From: Rotaria socialis
Lineage: Eukaryota
Direction of reading: 5' to 3'
DNA length: 64,000 bases
Assembly: GCA_905331295.1 (NCBI GenBank)
Contig: CAJNYD010000037.1
Span: 62,001-126,000, forward strand
Positions within the stretch are counted from its first letter, which is position 1. Each line of letters opens with the position of its first letter. The notes beneath the pieces were generated by a model, which was given only the letters and a program-made list of their open reading frames with translations, was not told where the DNA came from and did not search any database. This document shows, one piece after another, positions 13,726-26,731 of the stretch. The translations under genes and the position numbers were made by a program.

Positions 13726-15459
13726 ATGTCTTCAACACTAGACGACGAACCAATGATTATCGATAATGAATTAGCTCCTCAGCCTGGCCAAAGTGATCAT
13801 TTACAGTCGCTATATAATCATAATCATATTACTAATATTGTATGTTAAAAATGTTTTTCCCCATCGTTGTTTTTGCAAGTTTTTTTCTTTTTCTTTCGGT
13901 TCGTAATACTTAACGTAGGATGTTTTTTTTACTCATCATCAATAGTTTAAAAAACTTAAAAAGGAAAAGAACGAAGGAAAGAATGAAAACTACAGTCACG
14001 ATTTGTTTCTTCTTTGTCGGCGATGAAAAATCTATCTGGGTTTCTTTGAGTAACTAGCAAAAAGAAAATAATACGTGTGACATATTTAGTCTGTGAGTTC
14101 AGTGATGACCGATAAAAAACGTGAAAACCGTCGACCACCATCCATAGTTAATTTTCTAAATGAATTTCAACATTTATTCAAATCACATGAATTAAAACAA
14201 ATAGCTGTAAGATTTAAATATTGGAATGAAAATCAGTACATCTATAAACTCATAAATAAAATTTCATTTTTACTTTTCTAGCCATTGATGCGATCGATTC
14301 TTCGGCCTTCTAATAATAATGATGAAAAATTTTCTATAGAACGGCACGGTCAAATTTATAATGAAACTTTAATAAACGATAATAATTTAATATCAGAAGC
14401 AGCTGGTTATGATTCGGCTCGGCTGGCAGAAGTTGATGCCGATGAAGCTTTTGCACTTCAACTTCAACAAGAAGAGTATGGGCGAGAAAGTGTGATACCA
14501 AATCGGCATGAATATCTTCCCTTTCGATTATTCGAAGATCATGAATCACCGGGAGTGACTTTACATCCTTCCTTTGATTCTAATGATCCGCAAGTTATGA
14601 ATGACGAACAATACGCAGCATTCGTGCAACAACAACAAGGACGACCGAATCCACGATATCGGCGGCAACCATCACCTAATGTATTTTTACGTCAACAATC
14701 GAATCCAGAGTCAAATAGAACTTCAGACATCGATCCCTCCAATATTCAACAAATTCCATCATTTTTGGGGATTTCTCGACGCCAAGTTGCAAATAGTGAC
14801 GATGATAGTGATGATAATAATCCTTTTATGAATACTCCTCATCCTTTTATTCAATTCCTTACTAATCATGGCCGACCTATGCCAGCGAATTTTATTCCAA
14901 CATTTTCTGGCTATCGCCCACGTGGTCATCGTCGTGGAGGAAATCTTCAAGAGACTGAAGAAGATTTCGGACCAGAAGATTATGAAGTAATTTAATTAGA
15001 AATTTGTAAAAAAAGAAATAATTTATTAATATCACTATTGTTTGTCTAGCGATTACTTCGACTTGATGATACTATACGTAAGAAAAAGTTAACTAAAGAA
15101 CAAATCAATTCTATAAAAGAAGAAAAATTTATTCCTAAAGCAAACAATACTGAAGAAGAAAATAAATGTGGTGTATGTCTTGAACTTTTTGAAAATAATC
15201 AAAGTTTACGACGATTTCCATGTAGCCATATATATCATAAAGAATGTGGAGATCGTTGGTTACAAGTAAAGATTCTTTTTCCGTTTTGTAAATTTCTATT
15301 TTATTCTATATATTTTAGGAAAATAATGTTTGTCCAATATGTCGAGAACCACCAATTAAAGTACCGTCATCAACAAATTCACGTCATATTAGAAATATGA
15401 ACCATACAAGAAGAGGACCAAATAATAATCGAACTTTCAATCATCGAAATCATAACAAT

Positions 15460-15490
<31 letters not shown>

Positions 15491-15558
15491 ACAATAATAA
15501 TAACTCCTCTAATCATAGTAATAATCGGCGAGGACCAGCACCTCAACGCCAATCGTGA
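13726..15558 (+). CDS. RING-H2 E3 ubiquitin ligase with long low-complexity N-terminus and poly-Asn tail
   Basis: Spliced C-terminus EDYERLLRLDD...CGVCLELFENNQSLRRFPCSHIYHKECGDRWLQ|ENNVCPICR (C3H2C3). Ubiquitin-binding-like motif DADEAFALQLQQEE. TGA at 15556-15558. Confidence 0.85.
15455..15503 (+). repeat. (AAC/AAT)n coding microsatellite giving poly-Asn
   Basis: Run of aacaac/aataat within the last exon of the RING-H2 gene. Confidence 0.85.
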
Positions 15559-15596
15559 TATTTGTTATATCCATCAATTGATTGATTATAAACTTT

Positions 15597-15598
<2 letters not shown>

Positions 15599-15630
<32 letters not shown>
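15599..15630. repeat. (AT)n microsatellite
   Basis: Directly visible AT dinucleotide run in the 3' region of the RING-H2 gene. Confidence 0.9.
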
Positions 15631-15634
<4 letters not shown>

Positions 15635-15899
15635 ATGTGCGTGTGTGTATGATTATTTATAATGAAATCGATTCAGTATGAGAACCTTCAGAGCATATAT
15701 TTTTTTCTTCAGAATAATTCTCAATACCAGATGAATTAATCATTCATCGGTTTTTTTTCTTTTTTCATTGCTGTACAAAAACAAGGCAAAGTTTCAAGAA
15801 CAAAATCAATGAAAATTCGATTTACAGCTATAAGATTGAAATATTGAAAAACAAAAAGTTCCTTTCTATACCATATATATTCTTTATTTCCAGTTTCAG

Positions 15900-17165
15900 A
15901 TGATTTATCCTACTGACGAACAATATGAAGGCATGAGGAAAAAAAATATTCTTTTCACTTTTGTTTACAATAGCAATTTTCAATTAAGATTCATCAACAA
16001 TAAATACTAATAAGAATAATAATCATTCTCGTTCAGTCAAAGCTGTAAAAAGTACAAGATCCCGAATAATACCAACTGCATCACAAGCAACAATGCAAGA
16101 AGACCACGACTATGATCAATGTATGTAGTTGTTTGATGAAATCAACCGATAGAGACTAAGGATTTTTCTTTTACCAGCACCATGTCCTAGTTTTGATTTG
16201 CATTTATATGCGCATATTGAACGTTCGTCACTTAATCAATGTGTTTTCACACCAGTTCCTCATCAAACAGGTAAGAAGAAAAGAAATTTTCTTACACACT
16301 AATGTTTTCTATGGAAAAATTCATTTCAATCTTTTTTTCAAGCTGAAACATCAGAATCAATACCACATAAACGTAAATTTGATTCAGTAGATTCTGCTCA
16401 TGAATATATAAAAAACACGAAATTCGGTAATGATAATGGTGAATTAGCTGATCTTATTTTCAACATGGATATGCGCCTTGATGATCTAACCCGCACATGT
16501 AATGGATTACGTGCAGGCATTCATACTTTGACGAAGATGGTAACACAACTCGTTCATAATCAAACACAAGTAAATTGATTTCTATTAAATGTAACTTATT
16601 TCAATAAAAATTTGATTATTAATGTAGAATACAGCTACAAGTGACTATGATGATACATCACAAATGGGATTACCTTATGTACGATCTTCATCAAGTGTAT
16701 CAGCAAAACCAGCGTCGTATAGAAATAAACGAATGCGTAGTACTACTACTACTACTACTCCTACTTCAGATATTGCTCCACAAAGACCGACAGAATTTCT
16801 ATGTCGACTTATACGAAAAGTTTATTCAACTGATGAAATAGTGGCTGGTATTAATTCTGATGAACGTCTTGATAGAATTAAAGGCAAGATTTCAAAAAAA
16901 AATAAAAAATAAATTTCTTGTTATCCAAGATTTATAATAATCATATATATATATATATATATATAGAAGCTGTAGCTGATCGATTTTTTCCCAATAATCC
17001 CGATCGACTTGAAACATTTTGGGCACGAGAGGCACATCAATCAATTCTTGGCCAAGCACGTGCTCAACGGTGCCGAGAAAAAAAAGCTAGGTAGATAATT
17101 GTTTATTATTATATGTTTAATCACTAATACTTTTATTTAGAAACTACACAGTAGAGAACCGTTAA
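15900..17165 (+). CDS. BEN-domain protein with preceding coiled coil (7 exons)
   Basis: Exons splice in frame to give MDMRLDDLTRTCNGLRAGIHTLTKMVTQLV (coiled coil) and PTEFLCRLIRKVYSTDEIVAGINSDERLDRIK|EAVADRFFPNNPDRLETFWAREAHQSILGQARAQR, which fits the BEN helical pattern. Two GC-AG introns are needed (15931-15988, 16884-16966). TAA at 17163-17165. Start uncertain. Confidence 0.7.
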
Positions 17166-18224
17166 ATCTCCGATATCAACATGCAATATGCATAGACTTG
17201 TAACATAGCAAAACCAATAAAAAAAATGAACCGCATATCTATTAGTTAAACTTCTCTTTTCTTGTTGTATTGTAATATTATTATAGATATTCTACTGTTG
17301 TTGTTTTTTTCAAGACAATAAAAGAAACGTAGAAGACATTAGAGATGTCATGTAGATTACCAACCGTTTTCTATGCAGGACTATTCAAACAAATTGAAAA
17401 AGTATTCTGGTGGAATTCTTACCTTCCTCATTCAATCGTGATAGACCCTTAATACTAGTGATGTAAATCAGAGAAACTATTGATTATGTTTTTTTCAGTA
17501 ACTAAAAATGACGAACTTCAAAGATCGTTATAAATGTTTTAATAGTAATTGGAGACATAGGATGCCGATTGTCGTATAGGCACTAAATACCACTAATAAC
17601 AAGACTATTCTAAAATCTTCCTTAAAATTGCAATATCTATAAGACATTTATCGAGCTTCGCTGTATTATACAGTTGCTGTTTTTACTCAGATAAACAAGT
17701 CCCAAAACATCTACGGCTCTGAATCGATCTAGACTTTTGTGAGAGTGAAGGAAAACCTACTGCAATTATATTACATCTGATATTCAGCTAAAAAAAACAG
17801 AACAGAATACAAAAGGTGAAGCTGATGCTATGATAGCTGCGCAACAAAGAGTACTCAATCCAAAGATCAAATGTTAATGGTGCCATATAGTACCTAAGAG
17901 ACTCTAGTGATTATTGCTTCAAAGAAAAAACCCAACTGACAAGCATGATGTATGTCACTGACATCTATTCAACACTTTCTATCTGGTCTACCAAATCATA
18001 CTGTAGCTAGAAAAAAAAAAGAAGAAGCAAGAACGAACGAAACTATAATAATCATCCATAGTTTTACATTTTTGACTCATACGTTTTGGATCATTCCGAG
18101 CGTATCTACGTGATTAATTTTACTAATGTTCTGACGAAATTTTTGATAATCCTTTTCATATTCTGACTTTCAAGTATATTCTCAGAACATATTTATTCTC
18201 ACGGCTGAATGTTTTACAGATAAC

Positions 18225-19866
18225 ATGTCTACAAATCAACAAAACAATCAAGAATTATCAGCATCCTCAAATACCGAAAACAATAGAAATAGTTCTATAA
18301 CAACTAATCAAGTCCAACCTGAAAGTACTAATTTGAAAAACATCCTATAGCATATCTAGTGTTATTTCACTCTAGGTCCATCACGAAGATCTGGGGAAAT
18401 TCAAGAAATTGATATTGCAGAAGCTGATCAAAGTGACAGGTACATAATCCAATAAATCTTTTTCGGCTTAATCTATGTCGTCATGAAGACTAAAAATCAA
18501 GCCGATTAGCTATTGATAAGTCACCGTTTGCATAACAAGTTTTTTCTTTCATCTCCAATCTCATGTGTTTCACAGTTTCCATCAGTTTGTCCCGTACCTT
18601 CTTAACTGCGGACACTTTTCACACCAATTAGTGAAAACTGGCCGCATCTTGGAATGATTGAACATGAGCTATCTCAATTCTATCGTGTTTCCAACAAGCG
18701 GACAATTTTTTAATTATTGTATCATTTTGTAAAGTAACACTTCGAGTACAAGATTTATTTGTACAAACGTATAAAGATGTACCTTTTTGAGTTTTACGTT
18801 TCATTCGATATAAGTAATTATTATACAATATTGCTTTTTCACCCTTTTGGGTTGCTGAGAAAGTAAAGTTTGTAGCCATTGTATCAAATGAAATATCCTG
18901 CTGTTTCTCATCGTTTTATAAGTTCATCAATCATACATATCTCATGATCTTATTTCACAATAACTAATTAATTTAAAAAGTGTCCGCTTTTTGGAAACGC
19001 GATAAAAATGAGATAATCTATATTCAATCATTCCAAAGTGCGGCTATTTTTCAGTATTTGGTGTGAAAAGTGTCCGCAATTAAGACGTAGCCGTTTGTCC
19101 ATACTATATTCATTATTCGTAATGCTGTTCGTCAAATCACAGGGAGAAACCTGTGACTATTCTTGATCAGAGGCAACCTTACTGTTTGAGAACTTACTTT
19201 GTCATATCGGACAGAAACATTTCTTTCCCTACATATTGTGCTCAGTTTGATTTGAATTCACACCCTTTTTGTTTTCAATCAAAAAAATACGATCAATTGA
19301 ACATGATTTGTTATCAAATACTTCCATAACAAATTGATCAGGGGATGCGTCATTTGAAAACGAGTTAAAATGAAATCAAAGTCATCTTTCGATTTGAAAA
19401 TAAAGGTCCTTTGTTTATTAATTGGCTTTGTTTTTCGTCTGTCTATATATAATACGATTCTTTTCTATTTTCATTTAGTTGGGAGACGGATGATGAAGGT
19501 GATTTTTATACTGAAGCATCGAATGGTCGACTAGCTGATCCAGACGATGATGATGATTTACTTGGTTCGGGTTTATCTAAACATTTAATTGAGTGCTATC
19601 CGATGACAACTGCTGAGGAAATAGCAGTAGTTGGTGTCGTATGTGATATTTGTCTTAACGAATATAAGGCAAATGATAAAGTACGGACTATTCCCTGTTT
19701 ACATCGATTTCATACAAGATGCATTGATAAATGGCTTAAGGTCTGAAACGTATAAAGTTCACTATTAAATTTTACATCTCTTTTTCTTTTCTTTTTTTTT
19801 CAGAAAAGTAGTAAATGTCCCATGTGTCGTAGCGATTTAAAAAAATCGAAGTGGTATTCAGCTTGA
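18225..19866 (+). CDS. small RING-H2 E3 ubiquitin ligase (4 exons)
   Basis: Acidic N-terminal region, then GLSKHLIECYP...CDICLNEYKANDKVRTIPCLHRFHTRCIDKWLK|KSSKCPMCR. TGA at 19864-19866. Intron 2 is about 1 kb and holds a transposon. Confidence 0.85.
18593..19092 (-). mobile_element. non-autonomous Mutator-like element (MULE) with FLYWCH zinc-finger fragment
   Basis: Imperfect TIRs of about 120 bp (TCTTAACTGCGGACACTTTTCACACCAA... / ...TTGGTGTGAAAAGTGTCCGCAATTAAGA). Direct repeat GTTTGTCC at 18585-18592 and 19093-19100. Internal ORF 18628-18879(-) FSATQKGEKAILYNNYLYRMKRK...LYVCTNKSC resembles the FLYWCH N-terminus of MULE transposases. Confidence 0.85.
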
Positions 19867-20251
19867 AAACGATCTTAACGAAAAGTTAAAGCTAATTTTT
19901 TCTCTGGCAATGTTATTTTCTATTGTTATATTGAGTGATTCTATCATCTTTCTCTTTCTCTTTTTCTTTCTTATGACATTCTTTGTATGATTTTGGACTG
20001 AATGTATTAATAGTCATCATATTGAAAAATGACAATGAATCGTGCCCAAACTGTTCATTTCATTTTGTGAGATTGTTCTAACAGTTAAGCAAGATAATCT
20101 ATGAAGATATTTAAAAAGTAATGCATCTTGTTATAGTTATGTGTTGTGTTGTGTTCTTCTCATTCACAAGTTTGTCATGCACTAGACAATAAAAAAAAGC
20201 TTATTTCACTATACATTCGAATTATTAAATATACTTCTATTTCACTTTCAG

Positions 20252-23200
20252 ATGATAATTAATAATTCACTCTTATACGCCATGTCACGAATTTGTGTAT
20301 TTTTTACTCTTATCTTGCCATACAGTCTTGCAGAAGGTAACCATTTTCATTTTTTTTGAGATGAAAATATTGTTTTTACTTATTTTTTAGTTTGGGTTAT
20401 TCGTGTATATACGGCTAACGAACAATATGCTGGAACAGATGCTAATGTCTATATTCGTTTATTCAATCCTAAACATGAGAGTACTGGAGAATATCAATTA
20501 ACACATTCAAATTGGCAACCTGAACCTCATGAGCTTCCATTCCGAAATTTATTCGAAATAGGTGCGGTTGAACGCTTTCGTATTCGAACAGAAGATATTG
20601 GAGCTGTTGCAAAAATTGAAGTAAGTTATTTTTCAGTTCTAAGCCATAGACGTTTGCAACTGATCATGAAAGAGTTGCTTCGATATTGAAGTGAATATAC
20701 GTGTTTAAAAAAACAAGTTTCGGACTGATGAACATTTTAATGAATGTTCCCAAGAGGGCTTCACCGTGTTAGTGTGAAAAATGAACCCACTGTTTTTCAT
20801 TAGACAGTAATAAATATCTTTCAGAAAAGAGGAGAACGGTTTCTGAAGAAACATGAATAATTGAAATAGGCTTTTATTTCCGTAGGGCAATTCGTTTCAA
20901 AACTTAATCATGTGACAATAGTACGTGATGAAAGTTGAATGGATAAAGGTTGAGTCTTTACGAAGAAGTTGTTCTTCTTTAATATGCAGGCAGAAATGTA
21001 TAATTTTTATATAAAAACGTCAGTAAACAATGCTTTTGTTACTTGGTTGTATTGGACATTTGGTAGATGCTGTCAAGTAGTGTAGGATTGAAGTGCTGTT
21101 TCACAATGATTGCATTGTTCACAAGCATCTTGCTAAACTAGACAAGTTATTCATAAATGTAAGATAAATACATGGAAGAAATTAATCAAAAACAGATAAT
21201 TATCTTCTATGTAAGAGATTTTTTTAAAGAATGAATATTGTTAATAGTTTTTATTTTTACAACGGATGGAAGGATGAAGTTTTCATGTCAAGTCATTCAA
21301 TTATATGACAGAAAACTTCAGAATACAGTTCTTAACAGATGATAAGAGAACTTTTTACTTGTCTAACAAATAGTTTTGTTCCGAATGAATGAAATGAACA
21401 AGACTGCTTCATGGTGCTACATATTTCTTCGCCTAGAAAGAAAAATGAAACACTGGTTCATTTTGACGTATGTTTGTACTGAACAATATAGATTGTCGAG
21501 GAACACTTCATTCGCAGTATAATTGATTTGACAGGTTGTCTCATTAGATTTACATTTGTTTTTCAATTGGCGTTTTTGTTCTATGTTATAGCGAGAGAAA
21601 TTAAAAATATAGGTGTCAAGTAATCGAGTAAATGAAATAAATATTTTTAGTCTCGTCTTTTTCGTAGCTCTTTCTTAGTGTTAAATAGTTAAGTAATGAG
21701 ATATCTATTGATATTAGTGCTTCATTAAATGTTTATCAAAGCGTAAAAGTGTGAAAAACAGCAGTTCCGATTTTATGCACTTCTGGAAACAAGAATAGAA
21801 CTCAGGTCTCTGTTTTTATCATAGAAACTCTCGTTTATTTCATTGAGAAACATTGCAGAGCGCATTCGATGGCATCGACTGTAATCTAAATTGACATTTA
21901 ATCTTCTAATAAGAAGATAAATTTCAGAACCTTGGCAACTTTTATGTACATGACAGAGTATTATGCTAATACCTTTTTTAATTCCATGTCATATAATATA
22001 ATGCCTGAGAAATAGTAAACATAGAAAAAATATGGTCAGACGACTATAGTAAGTATTAAATATGAATTTCAATTATAAATCATACTTTCATGTTTCTTAT
22101 TAAAGCACGATAACAAAAATGGAACATACTAAACTACAGAGAGTCGAAGTTTTCCATTTAATCATTGAAAAAATATAGAATCATGACGATAACTGCTATG
22201 GTTTTTACCACAGCTCTCTATAGAAAAATAAAACCTAATTTATATTCGCCACTTCAATGAACTGCAGATAACGGCTTGAGTAGAATTTTTGTTGAAAACG
22301 TTCGTTAGTACCCGTATATTAGCTCGAGTATGATTTTTTCAGAACTCTTACTTGCACAAGTAGCCAATAGTTGTGCTTAATTTATACTTGAGGAAGTTGA
22401 CACTTGCCGGTCTGCATTAAAAATAAAAAGAATTCAGTTTAAGTTTTAGCCTCCTCAGAAATTGGAAGTTTTTGAAATTAGTTCGTGCTCATTGGCTCCA
22501 ATTGTATGTTGCATAACAAACATGAACATATTCCATCAGACATAAAAATTGTCTGAAGATATTATTTTGTTCCGTATCGTTAAAATCATGCATTGATGAA
22601 CTTACCTATTTCGTTTAGATTCGTCATAATAATTTTCCAAGTTTACATGCTGACTGGCTACTCAATCAAGTTATAGTTGAACGTGAACGTGACAATAAAG
22701 AATACATATTCAAGTGCAATTGCTGGCTCAGACGAGAACGACCATATGCAACAATAAATGTTTTGCCTGGTAAGGAAATAACCTATGACATGTATGAGTT
22801 TCTTTGAGTAATAATCTACAAGTTAGATATAAAATTGAAAATTTAAAGGTTTCTTTCAAAGGTCGTTGAATTTGATTTATTTTAGATCCAAACGCTCCCA
22901 CAAAACCAATCGACAATGCATCGTCAAACCTTCGAACTCTAGTTATCGTTGTTGCTGTTTTAATCGCTGTGGTGATCGCTGTGATTTGTTGTTCCAATGA
23001 GTATTATCGTCGTAAACATCAAGCGTCCATGCTATCAACTTATCCTAATGAAAACATTTATCAAGAACCATCTCTTTTAAATGCACCCTATGCACAAACA
23101 CCTGAAGTACAATCTGAATCATCAGAATCTAATTTATGGGTTAAAACATTACGTCGATGGAAAGACTTTCGACAAAGACCACCTTCATATATTCATGCAC

Positions 23201-23402
23201 AAGGAGCTCAATTAGCTTCTGCTCCAACGACACCATCATTAGTTGTACCTGACGAACCACCATCTTACGAAGGTATATATATATATAATTTCCCATTTCA
23301 ATTATCTTGAAACTTAATTTGTTTTTTTCCTTTTTAGACTTATACCCAAATTCAAATTTACGAGCGACAACAACTTCAAATTCAATTATACGATACATTT
23401 AA
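20252..23402 (+). CDS. type I membrane protein with signal peptide, PLAT/LH2 domain, TM helix and cytoplasmic PPxY motifs (5 exons)
   Basis: PLAT signature WVIRVYTANEQYAGTDANVYIRLF...LFEIGAVERFRIRTEDIGAVAKIE|IRHNN...ADWLLNQVIVE...YIFKCNCWL. TM segment LVIVVAVLIAVVIAVICC. Tail has RPPSY and EPPSYEDLY. Start is ATG 20252 or in-frame 20282; 2-kb intron 20621-22619. Confidence 0.82.
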
Positions 23403-24881
23403 GAATTCAAGTGTATCTGTGATCAAAATTATTTTGTATATTTATATATGTATGCCATATATATATTTTTTTGTTTTATTTTTTTGTTGTAAATAAATCT
23501 CTAGTCAATTGCTTGCTTTTTTCTTAATAAAAAAAACCACTAAATTATTTGGTTCTCTAATACATTCTCGTCAATGCCAAAAAAGACCACCTACACAAGC
23601 GCTTTTAAATGTATTAACATTCCTTTTACTCCATATGTCTCTCTCGCCCTCTCTCGCTTTGTAACAGGAGCACTTGTGTTTCGCTTACTGCGCCTGATGT
23701 TATGAATTGGAGACCAGATTTTCTTTACTCTTTTTCACTTCAGTTTCTTTCATTCTTTTTTTCTGTTTTGTTGATTTCCTTCGTCTTTCTCTCTTTCTTT
23801 ATTGCAATAACTCTACAACGTCATCAACACAGCTCTAGGTTCGGCTATCAAAAAANCACTTCGGTATGTGACGGTAGTTTTTTTTCTCGGTTTGCGCATA
23901 GAGAGCAGTGTCGAACGATACAGGCAAAATACTTGCGCATGTGCATGTGTATCTGTCTGTGTAGGCAAATACTGGCCCTTGTTACCCTCACTAAATGCAC
24001 ACTATTGACGATGACAATATCCAGAATAGAAGGCAAGAAAAAGGTTTTACGTACACTACATTTAAGATGATATAAATTATCGTGCATAATTTATTTTTTC
24101 TATAATATGTATCTAAAAGGTAATCGTCATTGCGCACTAGTTAACTGATTTGGCTACTCGTGTCAATATTCATATTCTCTACTAACATTTTCATAGTATA
24201 TATAGATATATTGTTAGTGGGCAAACGTAGCATAGTTGTATTGAATTTATCCAGTGATATAATCATTTGTTTGTTACGTTTCTGTCTTTTTTATCTGCCA
24301 TTTTTTATGACAACAAATAATCACAGAGTGAAATACATAGAACTAAGTATTAGAAACAAAGAAACTAGGAAATCAACTGTCATCATTGCTGACGACAACA
24401 CACACACACACACACACACAAAAACACTCGTTCTTTTAATTATCCAAAAAATGCGCTCGACAGAACGAACTACGACAACTGCATTGACATCCTTCTGTTC
24501 TTTCTTCGTGTATTAACATACTATTATGTTCTAGGACAGAACTCGATTGTCTACGAAAGATTGTGTCATCATCGACATAAATCGCTCATGTAAACTACAT
24601 GCATAGTTGCACTAAGTAGATCGCTTGATGCCAGTGCAAGAGAGTACATATATTGTTATTCGTAATTATGTATTCATATATTTCAGTTAACCAAAGGAAA
24701 CAGAGCTTTCTCTGCAATTTTTTTTCTTTCTTCAAGTATGTCTTTTGTAATCAATAGTTTCTTGTGGAATAATTGTTTCATTTTTCTTTTGTATTTCAAC
24801 ATTATAAAGAAGAAGAAAAAAATCCTTTTTTTAGATTGAATGCACATATATGTATGTGGCAGGTAAGTTTGGAATTTAGTC

Positions 24882-25031
24882 GAGTTTAGAATCGTTTTTT
24901 TTTAATTTTTTTTTAATAGAATTTTTGCTGAGATCTGACTTTAGAAATTTTTATACNGAGTTTAGAATCTTTTTTTTTCAATTTTTTTTAATAGAATTTT
25001 TGTTGAGATCTGACTTTAGAAATTTTTATAC
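24882..25031. other. about 75-bp near-identical tandem duplication around a single N (probable scaffolding artefact)
   Basis: GAGTTTAGAATC...GAAATTTTTATAC occurs on both sides of the n at 24957 with a few mismatches. Confidence 0.7.
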
Positions 25032-25676
25032 TGAGAATTATTCCTTGCATCTTTTTACAATGAATTTTTAAATAATTCAACTCTTGTCTATTTTTTAAAC
25101 TATGGGGGCACGGAGACATAGATTTTATCTGAGAAATATTTCTTCTCTATTCTGTTTTTCTATAATCTATTATCACGAGCAGAAAAAAATATTTTTTCGA
25201 TTAATTATTTTTTTCGCGCATTCCAATCTCAACTGAAATTTTCATGTCAACTATGACATATATATTTGTTAATAATGAAAGATTAATATGCATATGTATG
25301 AATGCTGTGATTGCAATTTGAGATAAACAAGTTTATTATTTTTTATGTCAAGGTAATTGTAGCTGTTGCTTACATTGTTTAATTCCCATATTTTTGTCCA
25401 AGTCATCGGTTTGTTAATGAAATATACAGAAAATTATATTTATTTCTCGATAAATTATCTTTCGTTATTCTTTGCAATGTCATCGATTTAACAGTTGCCA
25501 TAAGTGAAAAACAATTACTTTATTGTTGACTACTCAAGACCGATATGACAAAGGACTAGAGTAAGAAGAAAACAAACCGTTGATAATGATCGATTGGTCG
25601 ATAGATGATAAATATATACCGTTTATGTATAAATGCATACATATATATATATATATATATTACTTTCTTTTTTAGA

Positions 25677-25711
<35 letters not shown>

Positions 25712-26700
25712 AAAAGATTATATCACTACTTATTAGTTTTCTAGTCGTAATCGATTTAACTAGATTTTCTATCGCCGTTTCTTGATTTTTACGAGAAAAA
25801 AAAGGAAAAGAACCAATAGTCATTTAATAAAGAGGGCAAAACTTCGCTCCTTCTTTCTTTCCTTTTTGTTGTTGAATATTGCGAGTTGCAATTGACAATG
25901 AGACTCCATTTTCCTTGTTTTCTGAATGGAATGCGTGCACGTTTATGAATTCAAGCAATGAGACATGCTTGCAGATGTGCGCATCTACTTCGTAATACCC
26001 TAAGTTTTGCTGTTGTTATCCATAAATCTTCTTTTTATTATATTATTTGTACTAAAGACGTTTAATTTTACGATATATTTCTATCAAATATTAAGAAAAA
26101 CTGAAAGCAGTTATCTATGTTGAAGAAAATTAAATATCATTGGCATAGAGAAATGTTTATTTCATATTTTCTAAACAGGATAATAGCTATGAAACAACAC
26201 GAGCGCGATATATTTCACAAATAAATGCATTTTCTTCGAGACCGAATATATTATAGAACATGAGAAAGCCAAATAGTCCAACAAAAAACCCTTAAAATTT
26301 CTCTAGGCAATAATATATACATATTGCCTTGGTATCTATTATCCTTTTTTCTCTCTATTTATTCGTTCTCTCCACACATACATACACACCATCAATTCGT
26401 TTATGCATCAGTAGCCATGACGAATGAGTCATGAAAAACATTGCCCGCTTCTTTATTTCAAACCGTTTTCTAACATTATCAGTTGATCTACGCAAGTTTC
26501 TTCTACTTTCATAGCTGTCGCTTTTTCTTTGTTCTTGATATTGTTAGCGCACGCGCTGACAAAAATTTAAGAAGGGTGTATTCTGTAATGACTTTCAATG
26601 TAGAAAATAGAAAATAATAATCTTAACTGGTTGTACGTCTTAACAATTTCTTTTTTCTTTCTTTTCCCTATTATTACATAATAAACTACTATTCGAATTG

Positions 26701-26731
<31 letters not shown>
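26701..26731. repeat. (GAT)n microsatellite
   Basis: About ten TGA units directly visible. Confidence 0.9.

Noticed and set aside
23702..24516. Hydrophobic ORFs of about 120 aa, and similar ones at 32988-33378
   Set aside because: Phe/Leu richness comes from T-rich low-complexity non-coding DNA; no splice structure or domain.
24882..25031. Apparent 75-bp tandem duplication
   Set aside because: The copies abut a single n, typical of unmerged contig ends or haplotypes rather than a real duplication.
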